Assembly (NCBI GenBank): GCA_965153455.1
Contig: OZ234493.1
Span: forward strand, 24,976,213-25,040,212
DNA length: 64,000 nucleotides
DNA from: Sphagnum compactum
Lineage: Eukaryota
Direction of reading: 5' to 3'
Shown: piece by piece, positions 41,156 through 55,362 of the stretch
Position numbering within the stretch: position 1 is the first letter of the stretch
Layout: each line of letters opens with the position of its first letter
Notes under the pieces: generated by a model
Told to the model about the DNA's origin: nothing
What the model saw: only the letters and a program-made list of their open reading frames with translations
Databases searched by the model: none
Position numbers and translations under genes: made by a program

Positions 41156-42056
41156 AGTTACACTGTTGCTCTCAAATTACCTCTGAACAATAGGTTATGT
41201 CTGGTAACCAGCTCGAGGGTGTCGGTTATCAGAAATACCTTCACTGATCAGTGTTCGGATAACCTATGACCTCTTGCTGGTCACCTAGTCCATAGGGTCA
41301 GGCCAAAAAATCAAGGTACATACTTAGGTTGAAAAACACAAATTAACATACAAAGAAACCTAGGGCAAATTTGGATCTACATATAATTTCCAGATGCACA
41401 TTGGTGACAATATAAGACTGAATTCACAGATATGGAACTTGCAAATGAAAACAATGTATGCGGCATGGTTGAAAACTCAAATTACAAGACTTTAATGAAT
41501 GAATGAATGAATGAATGAATGAATGGGGGTGTAAGCAAGATAAAGTAGACAAATCCATGGTGTGCTGCAACTATTAATGACAGGGAAATCTTGGGATATC
41601 ATAGACTTTAAACATGCAGACATGAGGCTGCTGCTAGTGCTCCTGGTGGGGCATATATATATATATATATATATGGTTTTGATCAGAATATTGCAGCTCA
41701 TGAGCTACTGATCATAGTGCACTTAAATACAGATCTAAGATTGGGTCATGGTTACATATCCTGCAGAGCAATATTCTTCCTTTTCTATTTTTTGGTCAGA
41801 AGCTGGATTTGAAAATAGATAATGCATGAGAGAGGTACATGCATGAAGTGATCTAATTCAACAAGACCATACATCATATCTCTGTATGTATGTATGTATG
41901 TATGTATACAGCTCACAAGGTGATTGTAATTTGGAATTGATCTGTTAGTTGATCAGGATAGCTAGCTAGCAGCAGCTCAGAAATTGATTAGCAATTATGT
42001 GGAGTTAGAGATCTGGTAGAGATCTGGTAGAGATCTGTTAGAGATCTGTTAATCTG

Positions 42057-43163
42057 TCAACAGGATAGCTCAGAAAGTGATTTGTATCGGCTAATTAGAA
42101 GCTTTGAATCACAATTACTACGTCTGCTCAATTTGTGCTTGAATAATTTACCCAAACTCTTGTTGATCTTCTGGTTTTGTCGCTGCCCCTGTTTGAGACT
42201 AGATTGATTTGGATGACCAGCTGCTGCAGAGCTGCTGCTGCTGATGTTGCATTTGTTTTTCATGACACATGGAGCTGCTGCTGCCGCTGTTGCTGCTTTG
42301 TAGGACCAGATTATGTCTTCCTTCTGCAACTTTCGTTTAGGACATCTGGACTTTGACCTCCTGCATGTGTAATTGTGATCTCCATCTGCATCGAATTGCG
42401 GTCGAATATTTTGGTCTAGTACTGTTGTAATGTTGTTGGAGCTTTTCAGCTTTTTTATTACTGGCCAATTGTATAAGTCCCTCATGGGCTTCTTCTTTGC
42501 AGAATTTGTTGTTCCTTGTGCTGCTGCCAAATTCCTGCAAGTGAATGAATTAGAGCTAGCAAATCCGGTGTTCCGGAAGACACTAGTCCTGAAGGTAGAA
42601 CTAGAAGCTGCGTCATTAATCTGTTGCATGATCGACAAATTGTTAGTCGGGTCTGCACAAGAGCTGTCTACTAGTGCAGCAGTAGCAGCTGCCCTGCAAG
42701 CCGAAGTTCCGGCATGAAGATCGTGTTTCTGTACTGAGCCTGGGCTTCTTCCCTGCAGTTGGACTACGCATTGATTGCATCTCCAGGACATGAGGTTTCT
42801 CAGGACCAAGTTGGATTCGGTTTCTCTCGATTCTCTGGAGCTTACAGGAGCCATACAGTACCTGACAAAAATTACCCCAAAACCAACATCTGAATCTGTA
42901 TCAGAAACAAATCAGGGTGATGCACGATGCTCAATTACCCGGGAGCTCCACATCGATTCCCAATCCACTGCTATGAGAAAAGTTGGAGTACTAGAGCTAG
43001 CTACTCACAGATGCAGTGCACGAGATTGGCAAATGCAACAAAATTGCAGAAGATCGACAAAACCCACGTCGCCACACATACTGCACTCCACGCCGGGAGA
43101 CCGACCTGCAGGAGTACTTCGATCATCCCTGGGCAGCTCCTCTTCTTCTTCTTCATGTTTCAT
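42057..43163 (-). CDS. Plant PHD-type zinc-finger protein, 2 exons, 319 aa
   Basis: Exon 1 is 43163-43009 (MKHEEEEE...VECSMCGDVGFVDLLQFCCICQSRALH), followed by a GTGAG...TTTTGTCAG intron. Exon 2 is 42861-42057 (LYC...WRCNQC...RYKSLSELSC*). Splicing restores a C4-H-C3 pattern. The C-terminal RYKxLxE motif is typical of small plant PHD proteins. Confidence 0.88.
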
Positions 43164-44490
43164 GTGATCTTCCGAACAGTTTTCTATCGCTCTAACAAAA
43201 CGGCCGTCCAATGTGGACACTACTACCGTAAGCGCGCCTTTCTGCGGAATTCTAGCTTGCTTCCGTTGTCTCTCCATGGAATACTCGAGTTTCGTTGCAC
43301 TAGGACCCTAGCTATTCTCTACACCAGGAACGCCTGATTCCAACTTCGTCTTTGAAGGTTCTACTGGTCACCCCGGTGCTGTGGCTAATCCGCTAGCAAG
43401 AACAAATTCCTACGCGCAGAGCGGGCGATGAAAAATTCCAAATGAGTGTTCCGCAATTGAACTTCACATAGACCCCAAGCTTAATCCCTTTCAAACATAA
43501 TCATCCACTAGTATTCTTCTGATGGGTGCAAAGTCCTGTTGGAATCTTAATCGGCACTAGTAGCGCCTCTACAGATTGAAAAATTTGAATCATGTCCTCA
43601 CCTTGGTAGTCTCGAACATGCACTAGAGCTCGACATCATGTTGTTGCTTGGCGATCAGAGCCAGCTTATAAATGCAAGCTCGGTCCTTGCTACTATTATA
43701 ACACTAGGCATTAATGACGGGTGCGAAGCATCTTAGAAATGCAACCTAGCCATATAAAAAGATTGTCTACAGAAATCATGATTCACCAGCGGCTCCAGCA
43801 ATACACCAGGACCGAAAGCATGAACCGGAAGCAATGTTCACGAGTTTCTGATTCACACAAGAGCTTGCGTAAACACATATAAGTTCCAGATCTATCTAAC
43901 TAGATCTATGTTTTCTTCCAAGCTAGCTGGGCAGCTAGATAGCTAGCTAGCTAGAAGAAGGATCCTGGAGGTTGGTGTCGCCGCCAAAATAGTGCTCACA
44001 CTGCAAGTTATAGTACAGCGTTCAGGCGATGGGGTACGACGTTACACCGGGTTTGAGAACATTAATGGACGTGCCTGGTCATGACTTAGTGCCAGTAAAA
44101 GAAACGTCCCGGAAACGGCTTCTTGGGATTGATCGATGACCGATCCAGAGGGAAGAGATCATGAGCAGCCAGCCGTTAATCCTGCTTGTCGCCGACCGCT
44201 AGCTAGCTTAGCTGGGACCCACGCTGCACGCGGTCAGAACATGAGAAACCCGCGTTTAGCTAGCTACCAATCTCCTGTGCGGAATTCTTTATTATACGCT
44301 TGGAAATTGCCTACTTTTGCGGAGACCCATGTTGATTATCTATGCATCCGGGTGTAAACAAGCTGTCTGTCGTTTGCAGATCAAACCCACTGGGAGCTCT
44401 TGCAGAATGATTCCCTTGTGGGAAAATTGTCTTAACTTTTACCTTGAAGAATAAACTTAAAAACCCAAATAAAAGGGATTTGTGCAATTA

Positions 44491-44722
44491 CACAGGGAGT
44501 TTTGCAACATTCTGAGGGGGGGGGTCAGAGGCCTCACAGCTAGGGACAATTCAATTATGCCACCCTAGAAGGGTACGTGCTGTGAACTAATGACAAAGGG
44601 AAAGTTGACGAATAATTCTCTCATTGACATTTTGGTTCTCAGAGGGATTTCTAACAGGAATAACTGAGAGTTTTCCCACAATATTGCACACAGACAGAGA
44701 GGTTGTACTAAAACTCCCTGTG
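44491..44722. mobile_element. MITE-like element, possibly Tc1/mariner class
   Basis: Perfect 13-bp TIRs CACAGGGAGTTTT (44491-44503) and AAAACTCCCTGTG (44710-44722). TA is present on the left flank only. Confidence 0.6.
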
Positions 44723-45227
44723 AGTACAGTAAGAGCCTAGCCCAGTTGATGATCAGCTCCTCATCTTGTCGGCTTCAAAGAAAGAAAGCCGCGTTTTATC
44801 ATGCATAGTTTTAGGTTCTAGAGCTCCGGTGGTGCTTCAAGGGTTGATCAGGCACGCGCTTTCACCAGGGAGTTCCAAGGAAGTGATCATGGGGCGCGCA
44901 CAATATTATGATTGTGAAAAGCCTACCCTGGGTTCGGCGTGCCCAGCTGCTCCTTGAAATCCGCTGGCAGAAAGGAAGGCAGGCAGATGGAATGTGCACA
45001 CGCACACATTAGTCTGCCCACCTTTTTAGTTGCTCCATCTGATTTTCTCTCCCTGCCCTAGTTTAGGCCATTTGTTAAAAAAACATTCCATACATGGGAA
45101 GTACCTATCCTAGTAGCTTGTCCCTTCAAAAAAAACCTTAGGATAAAGCATGTGAGGAGCGCCAATTGGGTGGCACCAACATGCCCCCAAGGGATGTTTC
45201 TTTTCTTTTTGAAGGGGGTGGGGACTT

Positions 45228-45515
45228 GATTTCCCATCGAGTTCCCAAAAAGTTCCCATCAAATTCCTCTTGTTCCCATCAATAACTCATCAATATGCTT
45301 TTGGTTTCATCAAGTTTCCAAACAATTCCCATCAACTTCCTCTTGTTCCCATCAATAACCTATCAAAATCCTTTGTTCTCATCAAGTTCTCATCAAATCC
45401 CTTTTGTTCCCATCAAGTTCTCATCAAAATCCTTTTGTTCTCACAACTTCCCATCAACTTCACTTTGTTCCCTCAACTTCCTTTTGTTCCCAATCCAACC
45501 CAACCCAACCCTACA
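45228..45515. repeat. Degenerate short-period repeat built on (G)TTCCCATCAA
   Basis: More than ten TTC(C/T)CATCAA motifs, ending in (CCCAA)n. Confidence 0.8.
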
Positions 45516-48494
45516 TAAACCCACACAAAGCTCTAAATTTTGTGTGAGACTTGGGCAGAGTGCTAAACGGAGCGCCCCAGTTCCTGGGCAGGCCCGGAAG
45601 GGAAGCTACAGTGACAGGCAGAGGGTGCGGCAGAGCAGAAAGTGGGGATTTTGTGCCTGTCAGGTTTTGTGGAAGATCGCGGGCGGATTTGCTTCTAGCG
45701 CGGCAGTCTGCCGCGCTTCATCCTTCATGCGCGTGTGCTATCACGAGGAATGAGCGCGTGCGATATCAGAATGAATGAGCGTGGGCTAAGCGGATCAGTT
45801 CTGCTCAACCTGGGGCAGAAGTACCACTAGCACCTTCAAGGTAGCTGGTACCTGGGAAACTGGCTGGAAATGGAATACCAGGAAAGACTAGCAGCTTGCT
45901 TCCCCTGGTAGTCCATTTCCAGTTTCTAGCCAATTTGGGTATGCTAGGAATTGGCTAGCAGGGGAAGCAACCCGCTGGGTATGTATATCAACTACTGTGG
46001 GGGCGGTTCTTTACTTCTTTATGGTTAGTAGACCTGGTTCTGGTCCAGTTCTTCTTAATGCAGATCAAAGCCAGAGGTTCACTAGTTAGCCCCAATTCTA
46101 CTCCCTAATTTGTCATTCAGCAACATTTGTTTTCAAAAAACTTTGTTCTGATTCCAGTTCCAGTTTCTTTGTTGCGAATCCAGTTCTATGTCCATTTAAT
46201 CTTTAAGAAAATAAATTCAGGTTCCAGTTCCAAAAATTCAGACCCAGTTCCGATTAGGTTCTTACTAGCCTAACTGGATCAGGAACAGACGAGGTACCTA
46301 GCTGGGAAAATGGCTAGAAATTGGCTGCATGAACAGGAGCTTTCCCTTCTGAAGCTTTCAGTTGATCTGGGCTAATAAAAATTAGGCCAATGCCTTTAGG
46401 CAAAGGTCTTTATATTTCCTAAAACTAATAGCCCTTCCTTCCTAAGAACACCCTACCTATTTACTTTGAGTCTCCAACCGTGCCTTAAGACAAGAAGTAG
46501 CTTGGACCTTATGGTGAGCAATAAGTCATCTTTGACCACGCTAATATACAAAGTAATTTGAACATTATAATTAAAAATTAGATTAAAAGGCTAGAACTAA
46601 TTAAAGCTCTAGAAGTAGGTAATAGGAAGCAAATCATGAATTGCTTTTATTTAGTTTTAAATGCTTATTCTCATCAGTTTGTTGGATTCTATCTCATTTT
46701 ATTTCCTTCAATTTGTAATATTGTGGAAGATTTGGTTTTAAAGTTGCAATGTTAATGTTCTATTAAATGATTATATAAGTGCTTATATGTATTACAAAAT
46801 AAGGTAATCTGAAGTGTAATGGTAACTAGAAATTAAATAAAAGTAATAAAAATGTCATGGCATTGCCATTGTGTGTTTCATGCACATTCATTTAATTAGT
46901 GTTGACAACATGAGGAATAATTGTGAACTGAAAATGTGGATCCCATGGCTAGAGTCATAGGACCGGATGACATAAGTGACAAGTCCTATTTGTTTAGATT
47001 ATGTTTGTCGAAAATGTCATCACAACAAATGTCATGTAGGTGAATGACACTTGTTGCTCAACAAATGTCATGCATGTAATTGAATAAGACTTGTTGTTTA
47101 TGCCATATATCAGATGCAAACTCAAACTTTTTTTTTGCTTTTCCCTATGGGGAAATACTAGAAAATTTCAAGAGAATTTGATTCAATTTACAATACACAT
47201 GGAAACTCAACTCATAAGGATTGGTGGGAGCGCTCACAGGGACTTTCCTTACATGTCAGGACATAGGGACTTTGCAGCAACGTCCAGGGAAGAAATTTTC
47301 TGTCAACTGATTATGAGCTGCCAACTTGGAAAACCATTCAGTAAGAGGGTTAAATGTCTCGGTTCAAGGTAACTTGGAGTAACAATTTTTTTTTGAACAA
47401 TTAATTTCCTTTTCTCTAGAATTTGAATCAGCTTTTAGAGCAAACGACTCGGCGAAACGACTCAAGTAGCATGTAACTAAGGCCTGCTGTACACTAAGAG
47501 TCCGCATCAATGTTCAACACAAATCAAGCATCCTTATTGGTGCAAAAGTTGAAATCAGCGCCAAGGCTTTACACTGGGGTCAAGACTGAACTAGAAAAAA
47601 TCTTTTCAATCTGCCCAAAGTTACTAAAAAATGCTGAACTTGATGGGCTTGTATTGGCCCCAATGCTGGAAAAAGGATACCATCCAATTTGGGAGGTCAA
47701 TTTGCAACCCTTGGGACCAATGTTTCAGCATGTATTAATATCTTGACGTCAATGTTCTAGCATTTATTAGTAATTTGGTGCCAAACAAGAAGCCAAAAAA
47801 TGCTCAAAGTTGGCCCCAAGTTTTTTGGACCTTGACTCCTAGTGTAAAGCAGGCCTAACTGTAGTTTCTCCCCATACAGTTCTCCTTTGCAGAGGTTTTC
47901 TGACTTATTCAACTCATCAGTCATATCCCAGAGGGACTTTGCAGGGGATTTCATTGACATTTCCTGATCTTCTATTGTCATTCTCAATTGGGAATTCCCA
48001 GGGATCATGTCTAAGGATTTTCTAACATTATGCAGAAGGGAATTCAAAGTGATTTCCTTGTCTAGTATCCTCACAGGATATTAATTGTTGACAACACAAG
48101 ACAATTGCGAAGATGCAATTGCATTCTGGAATTTTGGAATCCAGTCCAAATTTTTTATTACAAACTCACAACTAAACAATTGTGATCATGTATGTCAAAT
48201 CTCACATGCATGTCACCAGGTCAAGTACAAAAACCCTAATCCAACATTTCATTTGCTCAGACATCAGGATTAGACCAGAAAAGATTTACAATCAGCTTTA
48301 GCAGTAATGCCGCGGAAATTTCTGAAAAGAAGAAGCCATTACATAAAGCTTGCAATCTGAATTGAGATTGTATATATGTATGAAAACATTGTGTGTCTAC
48401 AACGGAAAGAAGACTGGAAAATTCAATGTTGCTGAAAATGGCTATGAAAAGGGAGGTCTGAACTCACTTGATAGTTCCAATATCTCAATATCAA

Positions 48495-49425
48495 ATATGC
48501 TATTAGAATTGAACACAAAAAGATGGGAGAGTATGGCTAATTTAACTTAAAGCCCAAATCCCTGAGGTGGATTGCTACACCTAAAATGATCAACTAATTC
48601 ACCTTGTCTCCTTGAGTATAATTTGTAGGAACCTTCCTTGGAGGTCTATGGAAAATTGCCTGCATTCATTTTGGTTGACCACAAAAATATTCTAGTTCCT
48701 CGTCAATGGAGCGTTGCTCATGAAGTTGAGTAGAAGGTCTCCTTGTAGCATTGGGGTCCCCCCTTGTTGGATGTGTGGCTACAGCTTGGTCATCCTTTGA
48801 AACTTAATGTGTAATATTAGCACATAATCAAAGATGCTACTAGAATTGAAAAGTAAAAAAAGATGGACTAGAAAGTATGACTACAATGTTAATCATAAAC
48901 CCTAAGATGGATTGTAGCAAATGTGAAGATTAATTGATTTGTCATGACCAAAATTACAACCCAAATCCTAAGGTGGATTGTATACACCTAAAATGAGCAA
49001 TGAATTTACCTTGATGCCTTGGATATAGTTTGCATGAACCTTCCTTGGAATTCTTTGGGCCAGGGTTCCATGAGAAAATTGCCCAAGTTGTTTTGGTTGT
49101 CTACAAAAATATTTTATGTCCGGAACCTCATCAAATTGTTACTCTTGAAGTTGAGTAAAGATTCCCTTGTGGCATGGGGTTCCCCTTTTGTTGGATGTGC
49201 AATAGGAAACTAGTCATTTTTCAAGACATCTAGTGTTAATAGATAATAGAAAACACTAAAATTTTTGAAGAATAGAAAAAGATGGATTAGAAAATGTGGT
49301 TACAACCCTAGTCATAAACCCTAAAGTGGATTGCAACATATGTGTAGATTAACTAATTTGTCATGGGCAAAATCGCAACTTTAAACCCTAAGGTAGATTG
49401 CTACACCTAAAGAGATCAACTAATT
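48495..49425. repeat. Diverged tandem duplication, ~410-bp period, ~2.3 copies
   Basis: AGGT(G/A)GATTG.TACACCTAAA at ~48565, ~48970 and ~49390; GAACCTTCCTTGGA at ~48630 and ~49037; GGGGT.CCCC..TGTTGGATGTG at ~48753 and ~49176. Confidence 0.8.
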
Positions 49426-50135
49426 TGTTATTTCCAAACATGATCATCATTAAACAATGCCCATCCAAGAATAATGTCATCCCTTCCAATTAAATGACTA
49501 TAAACCAATTTTCAAAGTAAAAGATTGAAAACAACCTAAAACAAAATCTTATGATTCATAAGACCTCACAAAGTTACAACAATTGAAAGGCATGATCAAA
49601 TCTTACCCTGCTACTTGAACACACTAAATTTTTTTTCTTAGTTTGTTTCAATTGTCTTTCAATTCAATGACATATTGCACAATGTCATTCAATTTCCATC
49701 ACAAGTGGACACCTGCATTAATGAAGACCAAAGTGGCAAGCTTTGGTTTTCAGAATGCACAAAAGGCATGTAACTATTCCATGTTTTCGATACAAGCATA
49801 ACAACGATCACAATGTTTCTGTTGAAGATAACTTTTTTTTCTAAATAATCAAATCTATCACCCTAGAAGACCTTAATGTCATAGAATGGCTTGGCCCTAG
49901 CTCATTATGTTGGGTATATCACCCAGCTCATCCTTGTGAGCTAGCTCAGTGCCTCACCCGACATAATGGGGAGGGGCTTCACCATTTCATAGTATGTATT
50001 GTGGCTACTTAGCTTGTTGCACCCAGGGACATGTCAAGCTGGATAGGGTGAGTGCTGTTATCTCGGGTGGTGAGGGGGTTCTACCAGCATGTCTTCAAGA
50101 TTGGTCCTCTCTGTTGATTCACATGACAGGAGTGT

Positions 50136-50954
50136 TGACGCGCTCCTTGGTCCCGGGGTGAACCCACTTGAGGGTTCACCAATGTGAAGTTGCGGAAAGT
50201 TGGAACCGAAGGGCACGTTCCCGACTTCCAACTCTAGAAAGGGGTAGAAGGTCGAGTTGGAAGCCCCGGGATTAGACTAGGAAGAGGGACTAGCTTAGCT
50301 TGTGTGAATCTGCATCCAAAAACCAACCACAAGAGGTTAGTTTAGCATTCGGGACACCCTTGGGTGTTGGGACAAGCCACGAGCACTTGGACACACAAGA
50401 CTCACCACAGCCCGGACTCGGGGGAAGCCACCACCTTCCCCCTTATAGTATTCTCTGTAGCTCGCCACGGAGGCTACATCCAAATGGCACATTTTGTTGA
50501 GACTCCCGAAATGGAGTCCCGAAACTGTCCCGGCGGGACTCCTGGAACTTTGAGCGGCCATAACTCCCGACTCCGGAGTCCAATTGCAATGAGGTCTAAA
50601 CCAAAGTTGTAGCCCTCGTCGAGATCTTTCCAACGCCATGTCGCACTCCCTGAGGCGACGTCGGGAAAGAGTCGATTCCCGACTTTTAGTGGTCGGGAGT
50701 CAAACTGCCAGTTTGACTCCCGGCCCTTCTTTTGCCCATAACTTGGGCTGCAGATGTTCGAATGGCCAATGCGAGGCCATTTTCGATATTTACGTTTCAA
50801 GACCTTTCCAATGACACCAAGAACACCTCAATGCGAGGTGTTTTGGGCCTTGCTGTCGAGCTCTGAACATTCGGGAGTCCCGGAGGACTCCAAATCTCCA
50901 ACTTTTCAAGTGTTGGGCTTCACCCCCACACTTGGACAGAGTGGGGTTGCGACA
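50136..50954. mobile_element. Solo LTR (819 bp) with 5-bp target-site duplication
   Basis: GC-rich block beginning TGACGC and ending GCGACA (TG...CA), flanked by AGTGT at 50131-50135 and 50955-50959. No gag/pol sequence is present. Confidence 0.88.
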
Positions 50955-53900
50955 AGTGTTCTCCACTGTTGATTCACATGACAAGTCAAACTAGCAATAC
51001 AAAAAGTGGACAACCAAATGGTTGCGTATCGCACATAGGAAAATCACTAAAAAGTTTCTTGACACTGCAAGAGAATGCAAGTTTTTCTAGCACAAAAAGT
51101 AATGTGACTCATGACACATGTGTGAGGTAAACTTTGTGGTTTCATCCATTACAATCTACAATTTTGCAATTTTTATTGTGACATGTATTACAATAAAATG
51201 GCAATTTAACATTAGATAATGGCACATGTGAGATAAATTAATGTCAAATTGTCATTTTAACGTAATATATGCCACATTACACATCACAAATGACACTAAT
51301 CCTTTGTCCATGAAAGCACCCATTGATTCAATTAGGGCATCCCCACACTCATGTGATACATCTACATACCCTATTGGGAAGAACTTTGTACTCAAAAGAG
51401 TGAAAAAACAAGGCATCACAAACACGCTGGCCCTGCCAATAGATAAGATGTTATACATCTACTTACTGTGTCCACACTCTAAACATCGAAAAAATCAGTT
51501 TTTGTGTGATGGAATTGTTTGCTTTAGTGGATGCCCCTTTGAATGGCTTCTTAGGATGGACTCCTTTGTTATGTTTTGCAAGGTTGGTCATGTGAGCACT
51601 CATTGCATTTATTTTGCCACTTTGAAGGACCATTTCATCCTTTACTTAGTTTTAGCAACAAATAAAAAATAAGAGTAAAATCCTGTAGGAAGTGTGGCAA
51701 AAAATTTAAAAGGGCTCAAGGGATTTTTTGCATAACATGCCACTAGACTACTTGACAAATCCAAATCTTGAGATAAGTAATACAACTATCACGGCAACAT
51801 ACAAGGGCTACATAAAACTTAATTATAAGTGTCATTTTATGTAAGCATTAAAGATCCACCTTAGGCTCACCTTAGTTGATCAAATCTCATTAATTCCTAA
51901 GTTTTATAGGCATGAAATTTATAAAAGATAAAGAGAGTTTCAAGATACATGAAATCTAAGACAAACTAAACTATGATAAAAACAAGCTTAAACTTAAATA
52001 CAAATATAAAACTTGAAAATCAAAGACAAGAACCTAAAAATGTGCATAACAAACATTCATTCATTATAGGTGAAAAGTGGACAATGACAAATAAATTTCA
52101 TCTATGTGAATGAATCCATTCAATGAAAAATATTTATTGTGGATGTAAAAAAATGTTCATACATGAAAATCATTTTTGATGATGCTAGCATTTGTGACAC
52201 TAAGAGCCTAAGCCCATTTTACAACCATTTTACCTAAATTTGAGCTTTAGTTAAAATTTTGATCTAATCTATTCAACTATGAATTGAATTAGAAATCAAC
52301 CATTAAATTCAAAGTTTTCAAACCCATAGTCTTTTGATAAAAATTCCAACACCAAATTAAGCAAAGGATCTTAGGATAACAAAGAAAGATTGAGTTCATA
52401 CAAGTTTTCGCAAGTGATACCATGATTGGATTTGAAACTTCATTTGGATTTTTTTCTTTTTTTTGACATGGATTAATGCTCGCATTCTAGTATGGCATTG
52501 ACAATGGCTAAGTTAGCTACTCACCAAAACAAACCTTGCCCATGATTGATTTAAAATAAGGGGGTAAATCACCCATGGTGGACACTTCTCGGCTGTGTGG
52601 GCACTAAGCATGGAATCAGGCTTAATGCTGTAACAACAACACAAGTGCGCAACAAGAAATCGTTTCCTCATTCTTGTTTGTATAATGAACTCTTTAATTG
52701 TGTTCAGAATGAAAGGTTATTTTATGGGAGACTTATGTACCTTTTGAATGGAAGGACTCAAGTTCCAATCTGATGGTGGTTATTATCTTTTATATGTGTG
52801 CATTTTTCTATAATTATTTCTTCAAATAATGCTAACTTGTTTAGAATGAACTCTTGAAAAGTGCCATAGTGGATGAAAATGGAACTATTAAGAAAAGTTG
52901 TAAAAGTTGGACAATGGATGAAACTAGATAAGTTGAGAACCCAGTAATTGGACAATGGGATTTTGGCCGATTCCTTTAAAAAAGTTGGATCAATTTACAT
53001 TAGATGCTTTCAATAAGAAATTTCCTACATGTTTATTCTCAAATGCTTGATATTGGAAATGGGGCCAATTTCTTACGATTCTTATCCATTGTCCAACTTT
53101 TTCCAATGTCTTCCACCAACCAACTTCCCTTGATGCTTCCGCAAGGGACCGTGGGGGTCAAGTTCATTTGGGTGGAAGCATGATAAACTAGACAAGTCAT
53201 ATTATCCTTGTCTCAGTGGAACATAAAATAATCACAAAATGTGTCATAAAATTGTCACACACACAAATTGTTTCAGTTGGAGGATTGAAATGAGTATAGC
53301 TAATTCTAGTAAAAATAGGGTTTGATAAATAATTAACTAGGTGAATATGAACTGCAAACTGCAAGTAAATTGAAATCCTAACTTTTAGGATGTTCATGCT
53401 TTCATGAAATAGGTTTTAAGTAGGTTAAAAACAAGTGCTAGATCAAATCTCTAAAGAATGAAACATGAAACCTTCAAGTGTACATTAAACTTCATAAATA
53501 GATGTATTTCTCAAATGTTCTATTTTACTTTTGTCATGGAAGTAAGTTATAAGTTATGACATGGATAAAATAGATGTTTCCAATCATGCTTTTTATGCTT
53601 TGATGTAGTAGTTGTTCTTCAAACTTGGTGTGTTTTTGTACTTTTATCATGCTCAATAAAGGGCTCAGAAGGTTTGATATTATTATAAAAAAGGACCTCC
53701 TTTTTTGCTTCACATATGGATGTCATCAGGGGATTTATTTTTTCAATTTTGTGATATAGCTGAATTGGTGATCATCCATAAGATGGTTTAGCCAGATTTG
53801 GCTACATACTTCACTTATCATAAAAATCTGGCAATTTGAAAAAGAAATTCTTTGAAATCTGGCAAATTTGGGCCATTTTTTTCCATGGAAAATCCTTTAG

Positions 53901-55097
53901 ACAACTCGAAATCATATTTTTCAAATCAAAATTTGGTGAAATTTTGCCCCAAAAAAACCCTGGATCATGTCATGTGATTATATTACAATAGGTTCACCTT
54001 TGTTTTTGTTTATTTTACCATGTTTTCACCTAGTAAGATTTTCATGCATTGTGCAATTTCTCTAGCTAACTTACCCCCCTCCCATGGAAGTGTGTCCAAT
54101 TTCTCCAAATGTTTTCCCCCAAGATGCGAGGTCATGTTCCTTGGATGTTTTCCTTGGGAGCAAATGAAGTGAAGCTCCCTCAAAATTCGATCAATTGTAA
54201 AATTCCATTATTTTCCTTCCTTGAATTTTCATGAATCACACATATTCTTCAAATGCCTTCCGTAACAAAAAAATGTGACCAAGTTCCCCAAAATTTCATC
54301 CCAAAATTTCAAAGCAATTGATGCAAGCAAAGAGTTAGTGAAGATAAATAAAGTGATCTCCATGAAGTTAAATTATTAAAAAAAACTTGCATTTGTCATT
54401 GTTGGCGACATTTTAGCTTCTTATTGGGTACCAAGCCAATCTATAATTAGAGTCATATTGGCCTTTGACATCATCTTTTTAGAGGAAAAAGCATGGGAAG
54501 CAAACAAGGAAGGGGTGCTCAAAGTTCAGTAACTAGATACCCAACAAAAATTGGTACTTTGTTTTTTCTTTTTTTGGCAAAATTTTTGTCACCAATTTTT
54601 TTCTGAAGAATGAATGGGATAGATAGATGATTGTTTTTGGGGGTTTCCCAATTGCCAAATTTAGGAATTTTTCAATTAAAAGTCGCCAGATACTTATTAA
54701 GATAGGTATCCGGTTTCGGTAGGTAACAAAAAATATAGAAGGATACTTAAATGTTTTTTTTTATTTTTCATATACACTCAGTGATTTTGTTTTTCAAATT
54801 TCAGATGTTGTTGCATCATTGGCTACCATCCCATCCCAAGAGAAATTCAACCATTAAAATGGCAACAAGATTTTAAAACCTTTCCAAACTTACCCCCTAA
54901 AAAGTTTATGTTAAAAATATTTTAAAATTTTATTGAAAAAAATATTTTAAAAATGTATTGAAAAAAAAAAAAAAAAAAAACTAGTTTAAAAACTGCTACC
55001 AAAGTAAAAGCAGAGTCCAAATTGTGGCGAAAAGTTTTTTTTTTAAAATTATTTTCTTGAAATTTGGCAATTTGCCAACAGTGTGTATATTCTATAT

Positions 55098-55362
55098 TTC
55101 CACCTCCTCCAGTGACCAGGATTTACTCAACAACGTACGGTGACACATGTGCCACGTCTCCACCTCCTGCACCCCAGGATTTGCTGGAATAATTAGGATC
55201 ACACATTTTGCTACAGGCAGCAGCCGATTCTTCTAGAACATTCCAGGGGGTTCTCTTTACTTGGAAGTTTTGCAAATGGACCGTTGCTGCGGATGTAATT
55301 TCGTTGGCACCATCACGACGAGACCATCCGTCAGCTGCAACTGTTCCAGAACCTTCTGGGAA
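55098..55362. promoter_or_regulatory. Cluster of two heat-shock elements and an ACGT/ABRE-like motif
   Basis: TTCtaGAAcaTTC at 55231-55243, TTCcaGAAccTTC at 55344-55356, GCCACGTC at ~55150, plus a duplicated TCCACCTCCT..CCAGGATTT. Confidence 0.5.

Noticed and set aside
47757-48074. 105-aa minus-strand ORF with plausible composition
   Set aside because: Non-ATG start, no recognisable domain and no consistent flanking exons, so it cannot be supported as a gene.
50300-50984. Multiple overlapping ORFs on both strands
   Set aside because: All lie within or overlap the GC-rich solo LTR and have no protein motifs.
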